From: an uncultured Erysipelotrichaceae bacterium
GTDB lineage: Bacteria > Bacillota_I > Bacilli_A > RFN20 > CAG-826
Assembly (NCBI GenBank): GCA_902773005.1
Contig: CACYCS010000174.1
Span: 5,522-69,521 of the forward strand
Length of the DNA: 64,000 nt
Reading direction: 5' to 3'
This document shows positions 38,970 through 48,325 of this stretch, piece after piece. The position numbers and the translations under genes were made by a program. Every line of letters begins with the position of its first letter. The stretch's first letter is position 1. The notes under the pieces were generated by a model that ran no database searches, was not told where the DNA came from, and was given only the letters and a program-made list of their open reading frames with translations.

Positions 38970-39878
38970 ATGGCTAATTCCGCGACGATCCTTGCTAACG
39001 ATGCCCTCATCGCCAAAATGGCGGAGTTTTACGCTGGCTCGCTCGATCTCGACTCAAATCCAAATGCCCTTTGGATCGCGAAATCCGAAGGCGTCGTGGT
39101 GACTGCCTATTCCAAGGTCCATAACGGCTTCCATAAAGTGCTTTTCCAAGGCGAGAAAGCGGAATACGAAGCAAGCATCTGGGGCAACAAAGAGCCCGCG
39201 AAAGAGAAAAAAGAGCCGACACGTGTATCGAAATTCCCGCAAATTGGGTCGGACGAAGTCGGAACTGGCGATTTCTTCGGGCCGATTTGCGTCTGCGCGG
39301 CTTACATTGATGAAGCCCATCTCTCCCTCCTTAAAGAACTAGGCGTCACCGACTCAAAGAAGATGACCGATGAGCATATCCTCGAGATCGGCCCCACGTT
39401 GATTCGCGAAATCCCCTACTCCCAGCTTTCGCTTGGGAACGAAAAATACAACGAAGTCGTGCGCAAAGGGCTCAATATGAATTCAATCAAGGCCAGAATG
39501 CATAACCAATGCCTCCTGAACCTCAAGGCGAAATATCCCTTCGCCCAAGTCTATCAGGACCAATTCGCTGAGCCTGGGCTTTATTATTCCTACCTCAAAA
39601 ACGAACCCGAAGTCCTTAGGGGAATCATTTTTTCCACCAAAGGCGAGCTCGCTTTCCCTAGCGTTGCATCAGGAAGCGTCATCGCGCGCTACTCCTTCTT
39701 GCGGAAAATGAAGGCGCTAGGGGAACAATTCGATTGCGAAATCCCATTTGGCGCTGGTGAAGCGGTCGATGAATTCGCGATGGGATTCGCGAAAAAATAT
39801 GGCATCGAGACGCTACAATCCATCACGAAATCCAATTTCGCGAACATGAAAAGAATCCTGGCGGCGCAGGATTCTTAG
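38970..39878 (+). CDS. rnhC: ribonuclease HIII
   Basis: Track ORF 38943..39878. The likely start is MANSATILAND. It has the catalytic motif GSDEVGTGDFFGP and GVTDSKKM. Confidence 0.88.
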   Translation: MANSATILANDALIAKMAEFYAGSLDLDSNPNALWIAKSEGVVVTAYSKVHNGFHKVLFQGEKAEYEASIWGNKEPAKEKKEPTRVSKFPQIGSDEVGTGDFFGPICVCAAYIDEAHLSLLKELGVTDSKKMTDEHILEIGPTLIREIPYSQLSLGNEKYNEVVRKGLNMNSIKARMHNQCLLNLKAKYPFAQVYQDQFAEPGLYYSYLKNEPEVLRGIIFSTKGELAFPSVASGSVIARYSFLRKMKALGEQFDCEIPFGAGEAVDEFAMGFAKKYGIETLQSITKSNFANMKRILAAQDS

Positions 39879-40780
39879 GATAAACTTTCTAGGATCTTCT
39901 CAAAGTAATCAGGCAGCGGAGCCTCAAAGGTCAGCTGCTTTTTCGTTACCGGATGCACGAAGCTCAGCCGATAGGCGTGTAGCAATTGCCCTTTGTCATA
40001 GAGAGCTTTGTTGTTGTTTCCATAAAGCGGATCCCCCACCACTGGATGCTTGATGTATTCCATGTGCACGCGGATCTGATGGGTCCTTCCCGTGAGCAAA
40101 CGGCACGAGACGAGTGTGGCGTTGCTTCTTTTGTAACGCTGTTCGACGTGGAAATAGGTCACGGCTTCTTTGCCGGAGAGATCGACGCAATTTCGGGTCG
40201 GGCGCTTTCTATCGCGCGCGATAGGCGCATCGATTTTGCCATCGTCTTCCGAGATGATTCCAGTGACGAGGGCTTTGTATTCGCGATGCATCGAATGGTC
40301 GGAGAGTTGCTCCGCCAGCCCCTTGAATGCGATTTCGGTCTTGGCGATGGCGAGCAAGCCGCTCGTATCCTTATCGATTCGATGGACGATGCCGGGTCTA
40401 AAAGCCTCGCCGGTGTCGGCTAAATTCGACTCGCGGTAGACAAGGGCGTTCACGAGCGTCCCGCCATGATGCCCATTTCCAGGGTGCACAACTAATCCGG
40501 CTGGCTTATTGATGACGATGACGTCATCGTCTTCGTACACGATCTCAAGCGGGATGTCCTCGCCCTCGATGTCGGTCGTCTCGCGCTCTGGCTCCTCGTA
40601 GCTCACGACATCCCCTTCCGAGAGGATGAAATGCGGCTTCTCCAATTTGCCGTTCACAAGGACTTTGCCGTCTTTGATGTGCTTGGCGGCTTTGGACCTC
40701 GAAAGGGTGATTCCGTGCGCGAAAAAGACTTCGTCCAAACGACGTCCTTCCTCTTCCAAAATAACCGTAAACTGATACAT
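39875..40780 (-). CDS. rluD: 23S rRNA pseudouridine synthase RluD family
   Basis: Track ORF 39875..41014. The real start is MYQFTVILEEEGRRLD at 40780, 8 nt after the lspA stop. It has an S4 domain and the catalytic motif HRIDKDTSGLL. Confidence 0.9.
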   Translation of the reverse strand: MYQFTVILEEEGRRLDEVFFAHGITLSRSKAAKHIKDGKVLVNGKLEKPHFILSEGDVVSYEEPERETTDIEGEDIPLEIVYEDDDVIVINKPAGLVVHPGNGHHGGTLVNALVYRESNLADTGEAFRPGIVHRIDKDTSGLLAIAKTEIAFKGLAEQLSDHSMHREYKALVTGIISEDDGKIDAPIARDRKRPTRNCVDLSGKEAVTYFHVEQRYKRSNATLVSCRLLTGRTHQIRVHMEYIKHPVVGDPLYGNNNKALYDKGQLLHAYRLSFVHPVTKKQLTFEAPLPDYFEKILESLS

Positions 40781-40787
40781 GGGTCGC

Positions 40788-41582
40788 TTATTTTTCTTCT
40801 TTCGCTTCTTCGGAAGACTTTTCTTCGGGCTCTTCCTTAGAAACGCTTTCCTCGGACTCTGCAGGGGCTTCTTCAGTCGCGACAGTCGTCTCTTCGACTG
40901 CTTCCGAGGCATTTTCAGAGGCTTCTTCGCCCTGCTCTTTCGCAAGTTCGAGCTTCGCCTCTTCGACAAGGCGAGGGTCGACGTCGAGATCATCGGTCGG
41001 ATGCTTGACGGCATCGACGATGAACAAGACGATGAGCATCACCACGCCTACCGTGAGATAGGCGTCCGCCCCGTTGAAAGTCGCGAATGGATTCACCCAG
41101 TTTTGGGCGGCCCCTGGACCTCCTCCAAGGTAGAACTGAAGGAAATCGATGACGCCATCGAATCCCGTCGTGGCCTCCCAATAGAAGGCCCTGTCGATCA
41201 AATTCCCGATTGCGCCCGAAGATAGTAGCATCGCGCACGCGCGATCCCAGTTCGTCATGTCGTCGTTGTTCTTGATCCAATAGACGAGGATCAAAGCCGA
41301 CATGATGAGGGAGATCAGGATGTTGATGATGCGGCGTGGGACGATAGGAATCGAGGAGCCCCACGAGAAAGCGACCGCAGTATTATAGGACTTGCTGATG
41401 TAGAAGAAGTTCGGGATGACCGCGATCGGATCGCTGCCTGCAAGGGACTGGACGAGCCATTTTGAGACGAGGTCTAGGATGAGGAGAGCTCCGGCGATCG
41501 AGGCGAAAATGATGAGCATCTTAAGGTTTTTGGCCTTTTGCTCAGGACTGATCGGTGCTTTTTCTGCCTTTTCTTTGGCCAT
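40788..41582 (-). CDS. lspA: lipoprotein signal peptidase II with acidic C-terminal tail
   Basis: 264 aa with LspA motifs YNTAVAFSWG, SGAIGNLIDRAF and FATFNGADA. A roughly 75-aa Glu/Ser/Ala-rich tail follows. Its ATG overlaps the ileS stop (TAATG). Confidence 0.85.
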   Translation of the reverse strand: MAKEKAEKAPISPEQKAKNLKMLIIFASIAGALLILDLVSKWLVQSLAGSDPIAVIPNFFYISKSYNTAVAFSWGSSIPIVPRRIINILISLIMSALILVYWIKNNDDMTNWDRACAMLLSSGAIGNLIDRAFYWEATTGFDGVIDFLQFYLGGGPGAAQNWVNPFATFNGADAYLTVGVVMLIVLFIVDAVKHPTDDLDVDPRLVEEAKLELAKEQGEEASENASEAVEETTVATEEAPAESEESVSKEEPEEKSSEEAKEEK

Positions 41583-44305
41583 TATTGCTTCTCCTCCACC
41601 GCTTCAAGGCACCTCTTGCAGACGCGTTCTTCGCCGCATTGGTGCAGTTCGTGGACGTGGTTGCGGCAACGGGGGCAGACTTCTTCTTCTGACACGCGGA
41701 CCTCGCAGGAATCTTCACTTCCTTCCGAGAGGTTGCAGCGGCTCACGATGAAGTATTTGCTGAGCTGATCTTGCCCTTCGTTAAGGAGCAAGCTCACCAA
41801 GAGGGCATTCGAGCTCTTGACGTCGATTTCGGCGTCGCTGGAGCTGCCGATCTTGCCTTCGGCGCGGCTTTCCTCAAGTGACTTGAGGACAAGCGAGCGC
41901 AGGGCTTTGAACTGGTTGAAGGTGTCAAGGACGCTTTCGGCGAAGGCGTGGCTGATTTTCGGCATATTCTCAAGCTGCACCGACTCCTTCTTCTCGCCAG
42001 GGAAGTAGGAATACACTTCCTCCATGGTGAATGGGAGGATGGGATTGAGCAATAGGCAAAGCTGCTTCGCGCAGGTGTAGATCACGTATTGGATCGCTTT
42101 GCGGCGGGCAGAGGAGGGCTTATCGCAATAGAGAACATCCTTGCTGACGTCGAGGTAGAAGGCGGACAGATCCCCGGTCATGAAGGGGATGATCGCGTTC
42201 AGAACGCCAGAGAACTCGAACCTCTCGTAGCAGGCGATTGCGCGGTTTTTGACGGCCTCTAGATCGGCGAGCATGAAGCGGTCGATGAGGGAAAGAGTCG
42301 AAATATCCGGGGTATCCGAAGGTTCGAAGCCATTTAGATTCCCGAGCATGAACTTGAAGGTGTTCCTGACCTTGCGGTAATTGTCGACGTTATTGGCGAT
42401 GATGCGCTCAGAGATCCTCGCGTCGCCTTGATAATCGACCGAAGCGGCCCACATCCTGAGGATGTCGGCGCCGAATTCCGCGGCGATCTTGTTCGGGTCG
42501 ATGCCGTTTCCGGCGGATTTCGACATCTTCTGCCACTTCTCGTCCATGACGAAGCCGTGGGTCAAGCAGGTCTCGAAAGGCGAGACGCCGCCATAGGCCA
42601 CGGAAAGGATCAAGGAGCTATTGAACCAGCCGCGATACTGGTCGTTGCCTTCAAGATAGAGGTCGGCCGGGTATTTGAGGCCACGCTCATTGAGGGTGCC
42701 GTTCCAGCTGGATCCCGAATCGAACCAAACGTCCATGATGTCGGTCTCCTTGGTGAATTTGCCATGGGGGCTCGCGGGATTCGAATACCCTTCCGGGAGC
42801 AGGTCTTTGGGTTCGCGCTCAAACCAGACGTTGCTGCCGAATTCCGCGATCAGGTCGCGGATATGGCGGAAAACGGACTCCTCGATGATCGGGGAGCCAT
42901 CCTCGTTATAGATGATGGGGAGCGGGACGCCCCAAGCGCGCTGGCGCGAGATGCACCAATCGCCGCGGTCCTTGATCATGTTGACCATCTTGCCCTCGCC
43001 CCAAGCGGGTACCCACTTGATCGATTTGACGGCGTTCAGAAGCTGGTCGCGGATCGGCTCGATCGAGCAGAACCACTGCGGGGTCGCGCGGAAGATGACC
43101 GGCTTTTTGGTACGCCAGTCATGAGGATAGCTATGGACGATGTCGACTTCCTTGAGGAGGTGGCCATTCGCTTCAAGAAGCTCCACCACTTTGTCGTTGG
43201 CCTGCTCATAGAACATGCCGTTGACGGGATCATCGGCGGAAAGGCGAAGGACGCCATGCTCATCGACCGGGCAGAACGGCTTGATGCCGTATTTGGCGCA
43301 GGCGTTGAAGTCATCGACGCCGTGGTCAGGGGCGGTATGGACGCAGCCGGTGCCGCTTTCCTCGGTGACGAAATTGGCGAGGATCACCAGCGACTGGCGG
43401 TTATATAAGGGGTGTTTGGCGATGACGTGCTCAAGGTCTTGGCCCTTAAAGGTCTTGATGAGGTCGCATTTTTCGAAGCCGAGCTCTTCCTTGAGCTTCT
43501 CTTGGAGCGAGACGAGGAAGACGAACTTGCCCTTCTCGGTTTCGAATAGGCCATAGTCGAAGCGCGGATTCAAGGTGATCGCGAGGTTTGCGGGGATGGT
43601 CCAGGGGGTCGTGGTCCAGATGATGATCTTGGCATCGGAAGGCAAAACGCCTTTGCCGTCGATCAAATCGAAATAGACGTACATCGTCCTTGCGGGGACG
43701 TCGGCGTATTCGATTTCGGCCTCGGCGAGCGCGGATTCGCTCGAAGGGGACCAATAGACCGGCTTCACGCCTTTGAAGATCAACCCTTTGAGGGCCATCG
43801 AGGCGAAAACGTCAATCTGGCGCGCCTCGTATTCGGGGAGGAGCGTGAGATAGGGATGCTCATAATCGCCAAGGCAGCCAAGGCGCATTATCTGCGCTTT
43901 CTGCCTTTCGACCTGGGTATGGGCGTATTTGTCGCACAGGGTGCGGAATTCCGCGACCGACATCTTCTTCCTGTCGACGCCCGATTTGGTGACTTTGACC
44001 TCAATCGGCAAGCCATGGGTGTCCCAGCCGAAGATGAAGGGGGTCTTGAAGCCCGACATGTTCTTGTAGCGGATCACGAAATCCTTGAGGCAGCGGTTCA
44101 ACGCATGCCCGCAATGGATGTCGCCATTGGCATAGGGCGGGCCATCGTGGAGCATATACTCCTGGCAGTCCTCGCGGTTCGCGTTCATCTTCTCATAGAG
44201 GCCGATATCCTGCCATTTCTTGACGAGGACCGGCTCCTTTTGGGCCAATCCAGCGCGCATCGGGAATTCCGTGGCGGGCATCGATAGTGTGTCTTTCAGA
44301 GCCAT
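41582..44305 (-). CDS. ileS: isoleucine--tRNA ligase
   Basis: Track ORF 41582..44341. I moved the start to MALKDTLSMPATEFPMRAGL, which has a GGAGAGAGAAAAA Shine-Dalgarno. It has the HIGH motif PPYANGDIHCGHALN, the KMSKS motif WQKMSKSAGN and a C-terminal Zn motif CPRCRNH...CKRC. Confidence 0.95.
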   Translation of the reverse strand: MALKDTLSMPATEFPMRAGLAQKEPVLVKKWQDIGLYEKMNANREDCQEYMLHDGPPYANGDIHCGHALNRCLKDFVIRYKNMSGFKTPFIFGWDTHGLPIEVKVTKSGVDRKKMSVAEFRTLCDKYAHTQVERQKAQIMRLGCLGDYEHPYLTLLPEYEARQIDVFASMALKGLIFKGVKPVYWSPSSESALAEAEIEYADVPARTMYVYFDLIDGKGVLPSDAKIIIWTTTPWTIPANLAITLNPRFDYGLFETEKGKFVFLVSLQEKLKEELGFEKCDLIKTFKGQDLEHVIAKHPLYNRQSLVILANFVTEESGTGCVHTAPDHGVDDFNACAKYGIKPFCPVDEHGVLRLSADDPVNGMFYEQANDKVVELLEANGHLLKEVDIVHSYPHDWRTKKPVIFRATPQWFCSIEPIRDQLLNAVKSIKWVPAWGEGKMVNMIKDRGDWCISRQRAWGVPLPIIYNEDGSPIIEESVFRHIRDLIAEFGSNVWFEREPKDLLPEGYSNPASPHGKFTKETDIMDVWFDSGSSWNGTLNERGLKYPADLYLEGNDQYRGWFNSSLILSVAYGGVSPFETCLTHGFVMDEKWQKMSKSAGNGIDPNKIAAEFGADILRMWAASVDYQGDARISERIIANNVDNYRKVRNTFKFMLGNLNGFEPSDTPDISTLSLIDRFMLADLEAVKNRAIACYERFEFSGVLNAIIPFMTGDLSAFYLDVSKDVLYCDKPSSARRKAIQYVIYTCAKQLCLLLNPILPFTMEEVYSYFPGEKKESVQLENMPKISHAFAESVLDTFNQFKALRSLVLKSLEESRAEGKIGSSSDAEIDVKSSNALLVSLLLNEGQDQLSKYFIVSRCNLSEGSEDSCEVRVSEEEVCPRCRNHVHELHQCGEERVCKRCLEAVEEKQ

Positions 44306-44311
44306 TTTTTC

Positions 44312-44537
44312 TCTCTCCTGCAATAAAAAAGCGGCACGCATGGGCGCTTTTTGTCGCGCGGTACCACCTTGCTTCCCCTCCTTCGAGGGCTCATTAATGA
44401 CCTTAACGCGGCTTACTCGGAACCCTTACTGCTATTTCGGGGTTCAGGCTCGGAAGTGATATCCCTAGGCGTACCTTTTCTCAGCTTCGGCAAGGCTCTC
44501 TGTCTTTGCCCTGGGCGTTGTCTTCGTCTTCGCCAAC
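44312..44537 (-). promoter_or_regulatory. T-box leader (ileS)
   Basis: Minus sense: an AGAGAG box near 44496-44502, the T-box core AAGGUGGUACCGCGCG (plus 44355-44370) and a terminator AAAAGCG...CGCUUUUUU. An AUC triplet lies in GGGAUAUCAC as the candidate specifier, unverified. Confidence 0.8.
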
Positions 44538-44543
44538 GGCCTA

Positions 44544-44572
44544 ATCATAGACTTCGCGCACGCGTTTCACAA
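44544..44572 (-). promoter_or_regulatory. sigma-A type promoter for ileS leader
   Basis: Minus sense: TTGTGA, a 17-nt spacer, then TATGAT. Confidence 0.5.
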
Positions 44573-44599
44573 GCGAAAATGCGCACACGCATGGCGCGA

Positions 44600-44630
44600 A
44601 TGCGAAAATGCGCGACGGAGCGCGCATTGG
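44600..44630 (-). terminator. terminator after degV (weak U tract)
   Basis: Minus sense: AAUGCGCG-CUCCGU-CGCGCAUU followed by UUCG. Confidence 0.45.
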
Positions 44631-44647
44631 TTTTATAGGGTTTTGCC

Positions 44648-45523
44648 TTACTTATTCTTCGGCGTGACCGGATGGGGGCCATCGTAGAAGAAATGGATTC
44701 CGACGACGTTAGGGCCAGCGTGGTAGCCGTTGGTCGGAGAGGCTTGGGTGTAGCGGATTTCCTCGAACCCGAACTTCTTGGCGATGTCGATGCACATCTC
44801 CTTGATGCCCTCTGGGGCGGTCGATTGGGTGAAGAAGACCCTCTTGCGGTCGATGTTATCGTAAGCGGCGAGCATCCCCTCGATATATTCGCGGAGGCAC
44901 TTCTGCAAGGTCCCGCGGTGCTTTTTGCCGAGGGCGAACTTTCCTTCGGCGTCGCAGACGATCTCGGGGCGGATCTTGAGGAGGTTCGCGCCGAGGAGGG
45001 CGAGCTTCGAGCAACGCCCGCCTTTATAGAGGTAGGTCAATTTGTCGATCTGGAAGGAGCACTGGAGATGGTCACGCCTTTCTAGAAGGAGAGGGATGAT
45101 CTCCTCATAGGTGTAGCCAGCGTTGATGAGGTCGCGTGCATAGAAAGCAAGAAGGGCGATGGCGCCTGCGGTTCCGTGGCTATCGATGACGGTGATGTTC
45201 GGGTTCTCGTGGGCGGCGACGACGGCGTTGTTGTAGCCAGAGCTAAGGCCGCTAGAGATCGTGAAGTGGATGATGTGCTCCGCTTCGCCGAGAAGCTTCG
45301 AGAAATGGGCTTCCTCCTCATCGATGTTCGGGGCGGCGGTGCGGCACATGATGCCGGTCTTGTCGGTGAAGGCGAACATCTCGGGCAGGGTCATTTCATC
45401 ATCATAATAGGTCTTCCCCTCCTTCTCGAGGTGGAAATGGAGGATTTTGATGTCCCAGGCTTCAAGGTCTTCTTTGGGGAGGTCGATGGTGCTTTCCGCG
45501 GAAAGCTGGATGTCTTTTTTCAT
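44648..45523 (-). CDS. DegV family fatty-acid-binding protein
   Basis: 291 aa. MKKDIQLSAESTIDLP...TAAPN...ISSGLSSGYNNA... shows typical DegV organisation. Confidence 0.88.
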   Translation of the reverse strand: MKKDIQLSAESTIDLPKEDLEAWDIKILHFHLEKEGKTYYDDEMTLPEMFAFTDKTGIMCRTAAPNIDEEEAHFSKLLGEAEHIIHFTISSGLSSGYNNAVVAAHENPNITVIDSHGTAGAIALLAFYARDLINAGYTYEEIIPLLLERRDHLQCSFQIDKLTYLYKGGRCSKLALLGANLLKIRPEIVCDAEGKFALGKKHRGTLQKCLREYIEGMLAAYDNIDRKRVFFTQSTAPEGIKEMCIDIAKKFGFEEIRYTQASPTNGYHAGPNVVGIHFFYDGPHPVTPKNK

Positions 45524-45570
45524 GTCTTTCTTCCTTTGCTAACGAATTCGCGAGGTTAACGAGCAGTCAA

Positions 45571-45599
45571 ATTCTATCTAGTTTATCAAACTAGGTCAA
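45571..45599 (-). promoter_or_regulatory. degV promoter with embedded perfect palindrome (operator candidate)
   Basis: Minus sense: TTGACC, a 17-nt spacer, then TAGAAT. The spacer contains CTAGTTT-GAT-AAACTAG (plus 45578-45594), with 7-bp perfect arms. Confidence 0.55.
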
Positions 45600-45725
45600 T
45601 ATATTTGTGCGATAATTATCGAATGATTTTTCAAAACAAAAGCCCCTGCATCGATTTTTCGACGCAGGCAAAAGGAAACCCAAAAGGCCTTGGGATCGCT
45701 TTTCGCGGGTTAGAAAAAGAACCTC

Positions 45726-45766
45726 AATAGGCTCGGCACCGCACAAAGAAGAATAGGCTGGGCACC
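45726..45766. repeat. two 15-nt direct repeats AATAGGCT(C/G)GGCACC, 26-nt period
   Basis: 45726-45740 and 45752-45766 match at 14 of 15 positions, read directly from the sequence. Confidence 0.8.
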
Positions 45767-45857
45767 ATAACAAAAGAATCAATGACCTGATCTTCATATG
45801 GATTCTAAATTAGTTAATGGCAGGCTTCGCGCAAGCGCGCCAATGCGCGACTCCATA

Positions 45858-45888
45858 ACGAAAAGAAAGGCGGAACAAAGTCCGCCCC
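45858..45888 (-). terminator. rho-independent terminator after ftsZ
   Basis: Minus sense: GGCGGA-CUUUGU-UCCGCC followed by UUUCUUUUCG. Confidence 0.75.
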
Positions 45889-45898
45889 AGCATGTTTC

Positions 45899-47044
45899 TT
45901 AAGAGTCCCCAAGACGTCCTTTGAGGAAGTCAGGAAGAATCGTGTTCGAGAGTGAATCCTCTTCTTCTTTGGCCCCGATTTCGCCTTCTTGATGGCTGAC
46001 GGCTTTTTTCCTCGCTTCGTCAACGCCAGACCCGATGGCAGAGCGCTGCGGATGAGCGAAGGTCGGAATGGAGGTGAAGTCGTATTCCTCGGTGAAATCC
46101 GCCGCGATGACAGAGACGAAGATCGTGTCGTCGAGTTGGTCGTTGATGGAGACGCCGAATTTGATGTCGATGGCGCTGCCGGCCTGCTCGATGATTCTAT
46201 TGACGCATTCCTCAGCTTCGTAAAGCGAGACGTTCACGCCACATGTGACTGCGCAAATCGCGCGCCTGGCGCCAGAAATCGAGGCTTCTAGGAGTGGCGA
46301 ATTGATCGCGTTCTCCGCCGCGTCTTCCGCTTTGTTCGGACCGTTGCCCATGCCGAATCCGATGAGGGCGATGCCAGAATTCTTAAGGGTTGACCTAACG
46401 TCAGCGAAGTCGAGGTTGATGATCGCAGGAAGCAAGATCAAGTCGGTGACGGTCTTGACGGATTGGGCCAAAACGCGATCGGATTCCTGGAAAGCCTGCG
46501 AGATCGGAACGAGTCCGCTCGCCATCAATAATTTGTCATTGGAAACGATGATGATCGAGTCGACGGCGTCTTTTAACTCACTGAGTCCTGCGACGGAATT
46601 GGCGATCCTCGTCTTGCCTTCGAAGGTGAAGGGACGGGTAACGATCGCGATGGTGAGCGCGCCTTCTTCGCGGGCGATCTGTGCGACGATCGGGGAAGCG
46701 CCGGTCCCGGTTCCGCCGCCCATGCCGGAGGCGATGAAAACCATGTTCGCCCCGCGGACGATGTCGCGAATCTCATCGGTCGATTGGATTGCCGCTTCCT
46801 TGCCGACTTCGGGATCTCCTCCGGCGCCTAAGCCAGCGGTGACTTGCTCCCCGATGACGATGCGGTTCGGGGCCTTCGAGGTCGCGAGGGCTTGCTTGTC
46901 GGTGTTCAGGACGTAGAACTCGACGTTATCGATGTGCTCGTCCATCATGCGGTTGACCGCGTTGTTGCCAGCTCCGCCTACGCCGATGACGACGATGCGG
47001 GCGACTGGTTCGAAGTTATCAAGGTCCATGTTCATGTTCGCCAT
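45899..47044 (-). CDS. ftsZ: cell division protein FtsZ
   Basis: 381 aa with the tubulin signature GMGGGTGTGASPIVA, plus NTDKQAL. Confidence 0.95.
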   Translation of the reverse strand: MANMNMDLDNFEPVARIVVIGVGGAGNNAVNRMMDEHIDNVEFYVLNTDKQALATSKAPNRIVIGEQVTAGLGAGGDPEVGKEAAIQSTDEIRDIVRGANMVFIASGMGGGTGTGASPIVAQIAREEGALTIAIVTRPFTFEGKTRIANSVAGLSELKDAVDSIIIVSNDKLLMASGLVPISQAFQESDRVLAQSVKTVTDLILLPAIINLDFADVRSTLKNSGIALIGFGMGNGPNKAEDAAENAINSPLLEASISGARRAICAVTCGVNVSLYEAEECVNRIIEQAGSAIDIKFGVSINDQLDDTIFVSVIAADFTEEYDFTSIPTFAHPQRSAIGSGVDEARKKAVSHQEGEIGAKEEEDSLSNTILPDFLKGRLGDS

Positions 47045-47059
47045 GCTGCTGTCCCTCCT

Positions 47060-48325
47060 TTATAGCGCGTCTTCTTCGGTGGAGTCGTCTTTCTGACGCT
47101 TTCCGCCCTGCTGCTTTTTCTGACCGGACCCGCCGACGCGAGAGACGGTGGTCATGCCGCGATAATTGTCCTCTAGGCTTCCCGTGTATTTGCTCGAGGC
47201 AAGCAATAGGCCAAGCACATTGACGTAGCTCGGGTTGCGCGCGCCGATGACGCGGGGCGCGACGATGGTCGTTTCGCGCTTCGGGAAGATCGCGCGAAGG
47301 AAGGACGGAAGGCCGCGGAGCAAGCTCCCGCCTCCGGTAGCGAGAATCGGAAGGGTATCGAATTTCCCTTGGTAGCGGGCAAGCAAGGCATCCACGGAAT
47401 TGGATAGCATGCTGCCGTAATTCTCGAAAAACGCGGTGATGACGTTGTTCAGGTCCTTCTGGTAGAAGGGGGATGAGCGGTCCGCGCCATCGCGCCCTTG
47501 GGTGATCGGGGGATTGAACTTCATCCGCCTCGGCTCATAGCCATAGCGGATCTTGACGCGCTCCGCCTCATCGAAGTTCACGCCGAATCCCTCGACGATG
47601 TCCTCGGTCAGGTCGCGTCCGCCCAAATAGAATGAGGTCGTGGCATAGGGGGCGCCATTTCCGATCAAGGAGACCTCGGTCGTGTGCTCGCCGATATCGA
47701 CGAGGATATAGGATTGCGGAAGGTCAGGATAGGTTTTGAATAGCGATGCGGCGCAATAGGCCGAGACGCAGCTCTTGTTCACGCGGTATCCCGCTTTGCT
47801 CGTCAAATTGCTCCAAAGCTGGGCGGTTCGAGAGGGCAGCGCGTGGATTTTGGCTTTGATGGTGAGCGATTTCGAGCGCTTGCCTAGCGGCGGGTTTGAG
47901 AAGCGCTCCCCATTGTCGAGGACATATTCGTCAGGAATGATGTCGACGATTTGGTTGCCGCCAGGGACCGTCTCTTTGTGGACGAGCGAGACGACGTTCG
48001 AGATATCGATCTTCTCGATCTGGTTGTTCATCGCGATGACGTTGGTGGTCTTGTCGTTTTGATAGACCTGCAGGCCAATCGAAGGGAGGACGATGTTGAT
48101 GCGGGTGATGTTCAGCTGAAGCTTCTCCGCCTCATCGACGATCGTGTGGTAGCTCGCAAGCGCCTTTAGCGCCAGGTTCTCATCGGAAAGCTCCCCGTCT
48201 TTGAATAGCCCGGGCACCTTGATTTCCTTGGTGTATAGGGCGATCGGGGCGCCATTAAGCTCATGGCCGACGACCATTCTAATCGCGCCCGAGCTTATTT
48301 CCATGCATACGAGTGGCTTATCCAT
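47060..48325 (-). CDS. ftsA: cell division protein FtsA
   Basis: 421 aa with an actin-like fold (VDIGEHTTEVSL, ATGGGSLLRGL). It lies directly upstream of ftsZ. Confidence 0.9.
   Translation of the reverse strand: MDKPLVCMEISSGAIRMVVGHELNGAPIALYTKEIKVPGLFKDGELSDENLALKALASYHTIVDEAEKLQLNITRINIVLPSIGLQVYQNDKTTNVIAMNNQIEKIDISNVVSLVHKETVPGGNQIVDIIPDEYVLDNGERFSNPPLGKRSKSLTIKAKIHALPSRTAQLWSNLTSKAGYRVNKSCVSAYCAASLFKTYPDLPQSYILVDIGEHTTEVSLIGNGAPYATTSFYLGGRDLTEDIVEGFGVNFDEAERVKIRYGYEPRRMKFNPPITQGRDGADRSSPFYQKDLNNVITAFFENYGSMLSNSVDALLARYQGKFDTLPILATGGGSLLRGLPSFLRAIFPKRETTIVAPRVIGARNPSYVNVLGLLLASSKYTGSLEDNYRGMTTVSRVGGSGQKKQQGGKRQKDDSTEEDAL

Noticed and set aside
40781-41014. 78-aa Lys/Arg-rich N-terminal extension of rluD in the ORF track
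   Set aside because: It lies entirely within the purine-rich tract encoding the LspA acidic tail in another frame. The canonical RluD N-terminus begins at MYQFTV (40780), right after the lspA stop.
42428-43408. 326-aa plus-strand ORF, and similar ones at 23910..24725, 28333..28965, 10283..11464, 7428..8021 and 53995..54501
   Set aside because: All lie antisense inside aaRS, lon or rel genes that carry diagnostic motifs on the minus strand.
45591-45797. 68-aa minus ORF with a signal-peptide-like N-terminus
   Set aside because: It has no RBS, and the frame runs through two strong terminator-like hairpins and both 15-nt repeats. It is more likely non-coding.
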